A stretch of 36,394 nucleotides of DNA. Source: an uncultured bacterium. Lineage in GTDB: Bacteria > DAOPZR01. The translations under genes and the position numbers were made by a program. The DNA is taken from NCBI GenBank assembly GCA_964637655.1, contig CAZWUZ010000005.1:1-36394 (forward strand), written 5' to 3'. This document shows, in pieces, positions 17,002 through 25,838 of the stretch. Within the stretch, counting starts at the first letter, position 1; each line of letters starts with the position of its first letter. The notes beneath the pieces were generated by a model. That model saw nothing but the letters and a program-made list of their open reading frames with translations. It ran no database searches and was not told the origin of the DNA.

Positions 17002-18989
17002 TATCGGCTCTCGCGATTCCATGCGCGCTGCTGAATGCGCTTTGCTGTTGTCTGCGGATATTCGAAATCGATACGGCCGTCGGCGGTGATTACCGCATCC
17101 GGGAACGGCTGGCCGGTAAAATCATCGAGGAAAGGCGTTAGGTTATAGTGCCGGTAGACGGTATCGGGTGTCATTGCCCGCCTGCCGGTTTCACGGCGAT
17201 AGCGGGCGAGCAGCAGGTGCAGGCGGGCTAGGCGCAGCATGTCAATGACCGACGCCGAGTTGTTTAAGACGCTGTTGAGCTTCGGCGTGGCAACTTCTAT
17301 GAGCGTGACGGCAGCGGGATAGAGCAGATATTCCGTCCTGCTGTAGGTCAGCTGCGGCAGTCGGCCGGCAACCGTGTAATACGGCCGGGTGCTCGCCGCA
17401 ATCAGCTGGCGTACCAGTTCGGTGTGGTACTCGGCGAATATGCGCTTGTTGCCGAAGGGATAGCCGATGCCGAGGTTGGTCAGGACGGAGGTCGCGCCGT
17501 CGAAATAGGCGCTTTCCACGATGAACGCGCTGACGAACGCATGGCGCGCCTTATTCTCGAGCGTGGCGAACTCCCGGTCGAGTGCGGCAATGAAGCGCGG
17601 GTCGGCGCTTCCGTCGAGTGGGACAATGGCGCAGGCGGCTTCCGCAGCTATGCCCGTATTGGCGATGCCGACAAGCTGCAGGAACAGGGTTGAACTGTCC
17701 AGGCAATGGTCGGTGGCCGCCATGAGGCGCAGCGCTTGTTGCTGTGCTTGTCCAAGATTGCCACGCCTAGCCTCGCGCCTGATGTCGAAGCTTTCGAGTT
17801 TCCATAGCGATATGAGCGTTCCCCCGTCCGGTGCATAGCCGCTGTCGGTATTATAGAGCGCATAAGGTGATTGGCAATACGGGGTGAGCGGGTGGGCTGC
17901 GGCATAGTCGAAGAACTCGTTGCGCAGTGCCGCAGTGCTGTCGAGTATCGCGCTCATCGCCGGAGTGGGTATCGTGTCCCAGTCCGTGGTGAGATTGGCC
18001 TGGAAATCACGGTCGTAGCTCGTACCGAAATCGGTCTTGAACTTGGCGGTGAGCCGCTGGAATTCCTGCGCGGATGCGAGATTGTCGGGATTGCGCAGGA
18101 AGTCGGCGTCGAACCCCGGCGAAGGCGGATTCAGAACGGGCAGGTTGACGACTGAAAGCAGCAGCAGATAGGCGAGCGCGACGGCGACCGGCAGGAAGGC
18201 GGGCGTGACAGCCAGGGCATAGGCGCGCAGGCGGACGGCCTGGCGGCGATGATGATGCTTGAACGCCGCGAAGGAGAGCGCCAAGGCCGATATCAGGCCG
18301 CAGAGGACCACGACACAGCATCCGCCAACAAACAGGCTATCGAATGCACTTGAGGAAACGGCGCAGAAAGGCAAATTCAGAAAGAACGCTGCCATCATCA
18401 CCATGACGAATAGGACTTGGGTCAAGCCCAACAGCAGGAAACCGGAGAGGCTGGCGACGATAGCGTTCGGGGAGAAGGTGGCGGCAACGAAGCTGATGGC
18501 ATAGGCGGCGACGGCCAGGTACAGAACCACTCCGATGACTTGCGCCTCCGTCCATTCGATGCCGGCAAGCAGTTGCTGCACCATGGGTTCCGCCGGCGAA
18601 ACTCGTTCAACTCCGAGGATATCGTATCGGTCTGGCGCAAAGGGGGTTAGAGAATAGGCTTCGCAGTAGCAGGCATAGGCGATGTAGGCAAACAGCGCGA
18701 AGAGCAGGGTGAGCGCGAGCCCGCTGAAGAACTTGATGAGCCATAGCCGCTGCGGGACGATGGGCAGCGACATGAGCGCGGCCAGATGCTGCTTTTCCTT
18801 CTCACTTGCAACCACCTGATTGGCGATTAGAATGGCGGCTAAGATTGGTAGAGAGCCGCATGACATCAGGAAAAGGCCGGGTGTGGTCGGCAAGTTGTCA
18901 AGTCCGAGAATGGCAAGGAACGCGGCGAGCAGACCGAATACGACCACGCGCAGGGAACGGAAATCCTTGCGGATGATAGTCCTAAGCAT
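17001..18989 (-). CDS. ABC-2-type permease fused to a C-terminal soluble domain (662 aa)
   Basis: ATG 18989 overlaps the ATPase stop; EKEKQHLAALMSLPI...LWLIKF motif; C-terminal domain resembles that of 13733-16357. Confidence 0.85.
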   Translation of the reverse strand: MLRTIIRKDFRSLRVVVFGLLAAFLAILGLDNLPTTPGLFLMSCGSLPILAAILIANQVVASEKEKQHLAALMSLPIVPQRLWLIKFFSGLALTLLFALFAYIAYACYCEAYSLTPFAPDRYDILGVERVSPAEPMVQQLLAGIEWTEAQVIGVVLYLAVAAYAISFVAATFSPNAIVASLSGFLLLGLTQVLFVMVMMAAFFLNLPFCAVSSSAFDSLFVGGCCVVVLCGLISALALSFAAFKHHHRRQAVRLRAYALAVTPAFLPVAVALAYLLLLSVVNLPVLNPPSPGFDADFLRNPDNLASAQEFQRLTAKFKTDFGTSYDRDFQANLTTDWDTIPTPAMSAILDSTAALRNEFFDYAAAHPLTPYCQSPYALYNTDSGYAPDGGTLISLWKLESFDIRREARRGNLGQAQQQALRLMAATDHCLDSSTLFLQLVGIANTGIAAEAACAIVPLDGSADPRFIAALDREFATLENKARHAFVSAFIVESAYFDGATSVLTNLGIGYPFGNKRIFAEYHTELVRQLIAASTRPYYTVAGRLPQLTYSRTEYLLYPAAVTLIEVATPKLNSVLNNSASVIDMLRLARLHLLLARYRRETGRRAMTPDTVYRHYNLTPFLDDFTGQPFPDAVITADGRIDFEYPQTTAKRIQQRAWNRESR

Positions 18990-19860
18990 TGGCGACTTCA
19001 CGGCGGAAGATGGTTTCAAGGTCGAGTGGTGCCGTTTCTACCGTCGCGCCAGCCTTGGTCAGGGTTGCGGCCAGCGCTTCGCCGCCGTCGCGGTAGTAGA
19101 GCGTCAGGACATTGCCTTCGCGGCTGACTTCCTGCGCTCCATGCAGGTTGAGGTTCGCGGGTATACCGGAGGAGAACATAGCGGTCAATTCACCTCGAAC
19201 TGCTCGGATGGCGTCGATGCTGTCGTCCAGCTGGATATGCTGCCGGTGCAGCAGCATGACGCGGTCGCAGAAGCGCTCGATGTCGCTGAATTGGTGGCTG
19301 GAAATCAGCACGGTGCGCTCGCCTCCAGCGACATACTCGGAGAGAAGCTGCAGGATATCCGTGCGCACGACCGGGTCGAGCCCGGAGAAGGGCTCGTCGA
19401 GCAGCAGCAGCTCGGGATGATGGGCGAGGGCCAGCACCAGCAGCAGGCGGGTCTTCATGCCCTTGGAATAGGTCTTCACCTTGCCCTTGCCCGTCAGCGA
19501 AAGCCGTTCCAGCAGGCCCGTGGCATAGGTCGCGTCCCAGGTCGGATAGAAGGCGCCGACGAAGGCGCAGAGCTGTTCGGCTGTCATCCAGTCGTACCAC
19601 TGGAAGGCGTCAGGCACGTACCCTGTGCGGGCGCGGATGGCCACGCCCTGCGCCAGTGCGGGCAGGCCGAGCACCTTCAACTCGCCCGCGTCCGCCTCTA
19701 GCAGGCCGAGCAGCAGGCGGATGAGCGTGGTCTTGCCGACCCCGTTCTCGCCCACCAGCCCGGTCACCGAACCCTGTGGCAGGGCAAAAGAGATGCCGTC
19801 AAGCACCTGGTTGCGCCGGAAGCGCTTGCTGACGCGTTCAACCGTAACGGGGGTGGTCAT
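18982..19860 (-). CDS. ABC transporter ATP-binding protein (YtrB-like, 292 aa)
   Basis: Walker A GENGVGKTT; signature YSKGM; Walker B LLLLDEP; H-loop SSH; ATGA overlap with the GntR gene. Confidence 0.95.
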   Translation of the reverse strand: MTTPVTVERVSKRFRRNQVLDGISFALPQGSVTGLVGENGVGKTTLIRLLLGLLEADAGELKVLGLPALAQGVAIRARTGYVPDAFQWYDWMTAEQLCAFVGAFYPTWDATYATGLLERLSLTGKGKVKTYSKGMKTRLLLVLALAHHPELLLLDEPFSGLDPVVRTDILQLLSEYVAGGERTVLISSHQFSDIERFCDRVMLLHRQHIQLDDSIDAIRAVRGELTAMFSSGIPANLNLHGAQEVSREGNVLTLYYRDGGEALAATLTKAGATVETAPLDLETIFRREVANA

Positions 19861-20243
19861 ATGGCCTGCTCCATAGTGTGGCGCTGCAGCGCCTGCTGGA
19901 CCCTGTTCAGGACGGTCGCGGGCGGGACCTGCTGCGCCAGCAGCCGGGCGACGAGCTCGTCGAGGCGATGCAGGTCGGCGGTTCCGAATTCGCGCCGGCA
20001 CAGGGCGGGCGCCTTTTCCGTCAGGTAGACGCCCTTGCCGCGTCGCGTGCTGATTATGCCGGCGAACTCCAGCATCTGGTAGGCGCGCATCACCGTGTTG
20101 GGGTTGATGGCAAGCGTGCCAGCGAGGGCGCGCACCGAGGGCAGCATTTCGCCCGGGGAATAGTGCCCCTGCAACACCTGACGTTTGATGCCGTCGACGA
20201 CCTGGGCGTTGATGGGGACGGGACTCTTAGGGTCTATGCGCAT
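19857..20243 (-). CDS. GntR-family transcriptional regulator, YtrA subfamily (128 aa)
   Basis: PGEMLPSVRALAGTLAINPNTVMRAYQMLE...RRGKGVY; short C-terminus; heads an ABC operon. Confidence 0.95.
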   Translation of the reverse strand: MRIDPKSPVPINAQVVDGIKRQVLQGHYSPGEMLPSVRALAGTLAINPNTVMRAYQMLEFAGIISTRRGKGVYLTEKAPALCRREFGTADLHRLDELVARLLAQQVPPATVLNRVQQALQRHTMEQAI

Positions 20244-20269
20244 GGCGATTACACCGCCTTTCAGTATGA

Positions 20270-20308
20270 CTGTATTAAGATGATAGTACAGATACAAGAG
20301 GTTGTCAA
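20270..20308 (-). promoter_or_regulatory. Sigma-70 promoter with overlapping palindromic GntR operator
   Basis: Minus strand TTGACA (20308-20303), 17 nt, TATCAT (20285-20280). The palindrome CTGTATTA-N6-TAGTACAG (20270-20291) overlaps the -10. Confidence 0.85.
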
Positions 20309-20372
20309 GTTCAAGGAAGGGTTCTGATATTTTCCCTGAAAAGTGGTATGGGTGTTTGTGGGGTAAGGAATT

Positions 20373-20681
20373 TCACATCCCGAGTTCCTCCCGCAATGCC
20401 GCTGCCCGCCTCGCCAGCCCGGCCTCGACCGGCTCGCTGCTCGGCTCCCTGTACTCTGCCGTCCCGTCCTCGAGCTTGACGACACAGCGGAGCAGCGTCT
20501 CGACCAATTCGTCGTAGGTGCCGATGTCTTCTAGCGACAGCAGAACCTCAACATTGAGTGGGTCGTTCTTGAGGAAGCCCCGATAGCCGACAAGTCCATT
20601 GCTCAAGTGGACCGTCACCGGCATCTCTAATCGTGCCTCAATCTTTTCCACTAGCTCACGAAACTCGGTATATTCTCCCAT
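20373..20681 (-). CDS. Hypothetical protein (102 aa)
   Basis: ATG preceded by GGGAGGAA; co-oriented downstream of clpP. Confidence 0.65.
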   Translation of the reverse strand: MGEYTEFRELVEKIEARLEMPVTVHLSNGLVGYRGFLKNDPLNVEVLLSLEDIGTYDELVETLLRCVVKLEDGTAEYREPSSEPVEAGLARRAAALREELGM

Positions 20682-20702
20682 GATATTCCTCCCTGTGATT
20701 TA

Positions 20703-21311
20703 TTATGCCCGAGCCAATGGCTCGACAGCCGGCGCCAACACCTTGTCAATCAGTCCGTACTCCAATGCTTCTGTCGCGGAGAACCACTTGTCTCGGTCGA
20801 AATCTGCCGCGACCTTTTCCGCGGTCTGCCCGCACGCCGCCGCAATCATCGCGTTCAGCCTCGCCCTGGTCTTGAGCACGTGTTCCGCAGCGATAACGAC
20901 ATCGCTCGCCTGACCCTGCACCCCGGTAAGCGGCTGATGCAGCATCACTTCACAGTTCGGCATCACCGACCTATGCCCCCTCTGGCCCGCGCAGGCGAGC
21001 AGCACGGCGCCCATGCTGGCGCAGCACCCCCAGCCAATAGTGCTGATGGGATTGCTGATGGACTTGCACACGTCAACCATCGCGAGCCCGTCGGACACGC
21101 TGCCTCCGGGCGAGTTGATGTAGATGGTGATGCGCCGATGCGGGTCTCGGGAGCTTATGTACATGAGCTGCGCACCAAACGCATGACTCATCTCCGTGGT
21201 TATGGCACCGGAGACGAGGACGACACCGTCATCCAGCAACTCTTCTGATATGCCACCCCGGCGCTCGGCCTCGCTGCGCCTCAGAACGCGAATCCCATGT
21301 GGTGCTGTCAT
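20703..21311 (-). CDS. clpP: ClpP-family serine protease subunit
   Basis: IYINSPGGSV; CASMG (Ser); MLHQP (His); DRDKWFSATEALEYGLID (Asp region). Confidence 0.92.
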   Translation of the reverse strand: MTAPHGIRVLRRSEAERRGGISEELLDDGVVLVSGAITTEMSHAFGAQLMYISSRDPHRRITIYINSPGGSVSDGLAMVDVCKSISNPISTIGWGCCASMGAVLLACAGQRGHRSVMPNCEVMLHQPLTGVQGQASDVVIAAEHVLKTRARLNAMIAAACGQTAEKVAADFDRDKWFSATEALEYGLIDKVLAPAVEPLARA

Positions 21312-21622
21312 TGGTCTCTCCTTTCTTCACCACCGAAGAGGCGCGTATATATCAACGCTTCTGCCCGAATGGCCTCCATTTCCACCGGGTCAGGCTGGGT
21401 GGGCCGACGCTCCGCATCCGGCTTCGGAAATACTGGTTGGATGGCGAAGTCCGTTCGCAACTCGTCCCGCATGTCGCTCGGCGCATCCGTCTGCTTAGGC
21501 GTGGCCTTCTCATTGTGTTGCTCCTTTGATTTGATATTCTGCGGCGTGGGCATGCGGATAAGCACGCGCGGCTGTGCCTGCTGCGTTTGCCGCAATATCC
21601 ACAAATCATTCCGAGTTTTCAT
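21308..21622 (-). CDS. Hypothetical protein (104 aa)
   Basis: ATGA overlaps at both ends: with the ATPase stop and with the clpP start. Confidence 0.6.
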   Translation of the reverse strand: MKTRNDLWILRQTQQAQPRVLIRMPTPQNIKSKEQHNEKATPKQTDAPSDMRDELRTDFAIQPVFPKPDAERRPTQPDPVEMEAIRAEALIYTRLFGGEERRDQ

Positions 21623-23556
21623 GACTTCGCCCTTTCCGGCTCCACAGACCTGCTGAGCGAAGCGATATCGACGACTCTGATTCCATCGGCGAACCGCCCC
21701 GGGAGAACAACGCAAAGCGTAGCCTCTTCGCGGTCATGCAGATTACCCCGATGCATGGTCGTCGCGGTCATTACGACCGTCACCTTGCTTAGGTCAGCGA
21801 TATCGTGATATTTGCCGTACTGCACCCGCCTTCCGGAGATAATGGGGAGGAGGCCCTCATACAGGCGGCTCGTGGGCGATATTGGGTCATCCGACAAGGC
21901 GTCCGCGTCGTCAACGAATACAACGCTGTGCTCGATGCGTGAGCGGTCAAAGGAGCAGACCTGCGCGACCCTTTCTACGACGCTGTCGGGTCGGTCGTAC
22001 TTACCGGCATATATGAGGCAGGGAATATCCTTCATCAAGCATTCTGCGTGCAGGTCCTCGAGCATGCGGCTTTTCGAGCTCTTGGCATCGCCGGCTATGA
22101 CAAGGCGATTACCTTTGCCGTCCGGGAGCAGGTGTCCGAGTACGCTCTGTATCTTATTGACAAGTTCGGAAACATCGCGGGCGGCCATGGCCGCGGCATA
22201 ATCCCAACTGGCGAACACGGGGCCGAGTTCGATGAGCGCTGGGGCAGGTTTCCTGTCCGTATATAGCACTGCCTCAAACGCGCGCAGTTTAGGAATGCAG
22301 TCGAGGTCTCGCATGCCTTTGCCGTTCAGGAGCGCGACCATTCTGGGCGTGAGCGTTTGTTGCAATAGCACCATGTTTTGAAAGTTTTGCAGCAAGTTCG
22401 ATACAGTCTCGACACTGTTCGCGCCAGCAACACTATATAGTGCACCGATTTCTTGAGTTGCGCACATCATGCCCGCGCTCGCCTGCCGACAGAGGGCGGC
22501 AAACTGGTCATCCGCGCCGACCTTGCCGCCGAGGGTCGCAAAGTTCTGGTATTCGTCGGCGACGAGAAAAACGGGACGAGGCGCATTTTGTACGTCAGTC
22601 CCGAGGCGGCGCATGACCGAGTCGTAGAATTGCGACTTGAGGACGAGCCCGATGAAGCGGGATACCTCGCCAAATTCACAAGTAGGCATATTTAGAACGA
22701 CGATATGGCCCTCGTTAACGATATCGGCGATGCTTGTCGCGTGCTTGTCGTCCGGTGTTGGGCAGAAGACCCGCTTGAAATGATACCCGGAGAAATCCTT
22801 CAGGAATCTGGCGACTTCGGCCTCGATGGAGGTGCGGACGCGGCAGTCCATGTTGCTATAGCGAGAACTTGCCTTAAGCAGATAGTCGTGGTTGTGCTGC
22901 TCTTCCGGAGTGGCATGTTGGTTGCTCTCATGACGTATCTCAATCTTGTTGACCATCATCGAGATGTCATCCATCTGCCCGATTAGCTCGAAAATGTCGG
23001 TCGGGCTGACGACCGCATCCAAGTCCCCGAGATACATCCGCACCAGGGTGATGAGGAACTTGATGAGCTCTTGACCGCTGTCCTCCCAGAAGCTGTCTCG
23101 CGTGTTACGGCCGCCAACTATGGTATGGACGGCGGTAACGATGCCACTTGCCATAGTCTCCGCGGCAAGGCCGCGCGGGAACAGATGGATGGCGCGGTTG
23201 CCACGCGGACTGATTTCGATGACGTCGGCTTCGCGACCGACAAGCGAGGCCCAACCCCGGAGATAGGGCAGCAAGTCGCCCTTTGCGTCCAGAACGAGCG
23301 CGCCGCAGCGTCGAGGATGCGTGACGATGAACCGCAAAAACGGTTTGATGGCGCCTGCGGTCTTGCCGGAACCTTTACCGCCGCTGACGAGCGTGTTGAG
23401 GAATAGCTCCTCGCCCTCAAGGAAATGAAACACGTCGGACTGGCCAACGCTGCGCCCGACCGGAAAGCGCAGCGCTTCCTCAGTGTGTACTTCCCGTCCA
23501 CGGCTCATTGGTGTCTTGCCCGCATCGGTTGCATTGATAGTCGTTCGCGTAGCCAT
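21619..23556 (-). CDS. VirD4/TraD(TraG)-like P-loop ATPase (FtsK-HerA superfamily), no N-terminal membrane anchor
   Basis: NTLVSGGKGSGKT (Walker A); LVLDAKGDL; FLVADEYQNF (Walker B); RQ...ATQ. A second, degenerate P-loop-like segment follows (LVIAGDAKSSKS ... VVFVDDAD). Confidence 0.85.
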   Translation of the reverse strand: MATRTTINATDAGKTPMSRGREVHTEEALRFPVGRSVGQSDVFHFLEGEELFLNTLVSGGKGSGKTAGAIKPFLRFIVTHPRRCGALVLDAKGDLLPYLRGWASLVGREADVIEISPRGNRAIHLFPRGLAAETMASGIVTAVHTIVGGRNTRDSFWEDSGQELIKFLITLVRMYLGDLDAVVSPTDIFELIGQMDDISMMVNKIEIRHESNQHATPEEQHNHDYLLKASSRYSNMDCRVRTSIEAEVARFLKDFSGYHFKRVFCPTPDDKHATSIADIVNEGHIVVLNMPTCEFGEVSRFIGLVLKSQFYDSVMRRLGTDVQNAPRPVFLVADEYQNFATLGGKVGADDQFAALCRQASAGMMCATQEIGALYSVAGANSVETVSNLLQNFQNMVLLQQTLTPRMVALLNGKGMRDLDCIPKLRAFEAVLYTDRKPAPALIELGPVFASWDYAAAMAARDVSELVNKIQSVLGHLLPDGKGNRLVIAGDAKSSKSRMLEDLHAECLMKDIPCLIYAGKYDRPDSVVERVAQVCSFDRSRIEHSVVFVDDADALSDDPISPTSRLYEGLLPIISGRRVQYGKYHDIADLSKVTVVMTATTMHRGNLHDREEATLCVVLPGRFADGIRVVDIASLSRSVEPERAKS

Positions 23557-23658
23557 TTTGTCGTCCCCCTATCTATAGGGAGACACGGATGGTATCGCGG
23601 GAAAACAAAAGTGGCCTTGGCGCTGAGGAATTACGTACAACCCCGATATTACCGCGAG

Positions 23659-24612
23659 TTACCGCATCGGCACCTGGGGCTCGTTGTTGTTGTCCTGCAC
23701 CCCACGCGAGACGAAATCGCGCAGTAGCGCCACGACCTGCCGGACGCGCAGGAGGAGAAGCAGCCCGCCCATGCGCGTGGGATGCTCGCGCATGCCCTGC
23801 GCCGCGGCAACCCAGTCGACTTGGCTATCGCTCACGAGGATTTTGTCGCACGTGCCCCACGCGTCGGAGTCCAGCTTGATGTTGGAGATGGCCGCCGCGG
23901 TCTGGATGAGCGGCGTGCGGGCCTGCCTGCGGTGATGCGCCAGGAGCAGGTCCACGAGCAGCAATCTTTTCAGCCCCGGTTCCGCGAGGTCGCCGGCACC
24001 TATCTGCAGCATCTCCGGAACGGTCACATGCTTGCGATGCCGCCCATCGTCGTCCGGCAAGGGAAGCGGGGGCAGCGTCAAGCCGGGGAGCCTGACCGCA
24101 AGCGCGCGTTCCATGACGGCGTAGACCTCGGCTTGCAACTGGCCGATTCTACGGGGTGTCACGTTGAGCACGCCGGCGATTTCGTCGCGCGACTTGCCGT
24201 CGAGCGTGAGATTATAGACCTCCCGCTGGCGGTCGGTCAGGTTGGCCACGGCTCTTTCTACATCGATGAAGAGGAGAATGCTGTCCTCCGGGGATGGCGT
24301 TATTGCCGCGCGTTCGGCGGTTTCGGTATCGAAAATCACGACTTTCCTGCGCGGCTGCTTCTTCGTTTTCGCCTGCTCGGGTGCAGAGGTGGCCTCGTCG
24401 TAATGTTCCTCGGCTACCTGTTTCGCAATTTCGACCGGGTTGAGGTCCTTGGCAGCCAATCCCGCGCGTTTGGCGAACGAAGATACTGCATGCCTCAGGA
24501 TGGTCAACATGAGACCAGAGTCCAAACCTATGGTCTCGGCCAATTGCCCTGCTATGTGCCCTGCTATGCCCGGCTTCGCGGAGCTGATACACCAGTTCTT
24601 GTTGGTAATCAT
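23659..24612 (-). CDS. Sigma-70 region-4-type HTH protein with extra C-terminal domain
   Basis: SPEDSILL...AVANLTDRQREVYNLTLDGKSRDEIAGVLNVTPRRIGQL. Confidence 0.75.
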   Translation of the reverse strand: MITNKNWCISSAKPGIAGHIAGQLAETIGLDSGLMLTILRHAVSSFAKRAGLAAKDLNPVEIAKQVAEEHYDEATSAPEQAKTKKQPRRKVVIFDTETAERAAITPSPEDSILLFIDVERAVANLTDRQREVYNLTLDGKSRDEIAGVLNVTPRRIGQLQAEVYAVMERALAVRLPGLTLPPLPLPDDDGRHRKHVTVPEMLQIGAGDLAEPGLKRLLLVDLLLAHHRRQARTPLIQTAAAISNIKLDSDAWGTCDKILVSDSQVDWVAAAQGMREHPTRMGGLLLLLRVRQVVALLRDFVSRGVQDNNNEPQVPMR

Positions 24613-24613
24613 G

Positions 24614-25096
24614 CTATCCCTCCTGTGTGGTATTCATGTCTTCCTCGGCGCGCCGGAGCACGCGCGCGATGCCCGTCTCGTCGCCCGCGCTGACGACGCG
24701 CATGGCCATACGCAGGGCCTCGCCCAAGTCGGCGAACTTGAACTGCGTCTTGGCCTTGACGCGCAGAAGCGACTGGTATTCGCCGCGGCCGGCTTTGTCG
24801 GTGATGCGCAGCAGGTTAACCACATATCCCGTTCCCCTGAGGAAGACATATACTTCGATAGTGCGGACACCCCCGGCGGCCCGGGAGAACTCGCGGAATA
24901 CGCGAAGGCCTTCGGCCTCGACGAACGGGGTGTCTTCCATCGCCATTTGGGCTGACAACTTGCCAATGGCGACCATGACCGGGTGGCCGGATACGAGCGC
25001 AATCCACCTATTGTCGGGCGGCTGCTTGCCCAGCCAGCGACATTTGATGCCCCCACTCTCGAGTAGGTCCTGCAGGTCCGCCTGCAACTTGAACAT
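24614..25096 (-). CDS. Hypothetical protein (160 aa)
   Basis: AGGAGG RBS; 1-2 nt gaps to both neighbours. Confidence 0.7.
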   Translation of the reverse strand: MFKLQADLQDLLESGGIKCRWLGKQPPDNRWIALVSGHPVMVAIGKLSAQMAMEDTPFVEAEGLRVFREFSRAAGGVRTIEVYVFLRGTGYVVNLLRITDKAGRGEYQSLLRVKAKTQFKFADLGEALRMAMRVVSAGDETGIARVLRRAEEDMNTTQEG

Positions 25097-25098
25097 GG

Positions 25099-25626
25099 TT
25101 ACTGCCTCCTAGTCCTGAAGAATCGTTCCTCGTGCGCCAGGGCACGGAGCTGCGCCAGCAGCCTCGCCGGCACCGGTTGCCTTGTTTCCTCGGCAACAGC
25201 CAATATTAGGCGACCACGGAACCAGATTATCGAGTTGAGAAGCCGCTTTTGCCAGATAGCGTTGACGCTCCACCGCGACCGTTCGCGACCGAAACGCTTG
25301 AAGAAGCACGCCAAACTGATGCGGATATTCACGTCCGAATCCGCAAGGATTCGCGCCATTTTCTTTCGGCTCGCCCGGTATCCCGGGTCGTCTGTAAGGC
25401 ACGGAACAAGGTCCTTCCGGGAGGCCAATGAGATGCCATGCTCCACCATCGCGGTCATGTTAGGGTACGAGGGCAATGCGGGCACGACGACCTCGACGCC
25501 GCCCTCGCCCTCGTACACTTGGCCCTTGGTGTGCTGGCCGAGCAGGGCGCGCGTGTGGGAACTGAGCCGCAAATTGAGTCGGCCCCCGCCTTTCGCGGGC
25601 CGCCCTGACTTGCCCTTGCCGTTCAT
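25099..25626 (-). CDS. Hypothetical protein with an N-terminal ribbon-helix-helix-like motif (175 aa)
   Basis: ATG 25626 after AAAGGTG; RLNLRLSSHTRALL alternating strand followed by a helix. Confidence 0.6.
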   Translation of the reverse strand: MNGKGKSGRPAKGGGRLNLRLSSHTRALLGQHTKGQVYEGEGGVEVVVPALPSYPNMTAMVEHGISLASRKDLVPCLTDDPGYRASRKKMARILADSDVNIRISLACFFKRFGRERSRWSVNAIWQKRLLNSIIWFRGRLILAVAEETRQPVPARLLAQLRALAHEERFFRTRRQ

Positions 25627-25838
25627 ATCCGACACCTTTCTGTATGTATGGTAATGGCTTTATATATCCAGCAGGATAGTCCCCACGCGGCATTCGTGAA
25701 AACGTCATATTTCGCACATATTTTCCAGGCGGCACTGGCCGCGCCTGCCCGGACGTCACGGCGGTTCCAGACAGCGGTCATCCGGCCGGCATTCGCCGGG
25801 TCGGCATCATCCCGTCCGGGTACGCGCGCGTCGGTCAT
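25623..25838 (-). CDS. Possible small protein (71 aa)
   Basis: ATGA overlaps at both ends fill the gap in the operon exactly; no recognisable motif. Confidence 0.4.
   Translation of the reverse strand: MTDARVPGRDDADPANAGRMTAVWNRRDVRAGAASAAWKICAKYDVFTNAAWGLSCWIYKAITIHTERCRI

Noticed and set aside
21352-21609. Cys-rich 85-aa ORF (MICGYCGK...) resembling a zinc finger
   Set aside because: It overlaps, in another frame, the 104-aa ORF that is coupled at both ends; no RBS.
23573-23583. CTATAGGGAGA, matching the 3' end of the T7 promoter
   Set aside because: The upstream TAATACGACTCA is absent; better explained as part of the SD hairpin on the other strand.
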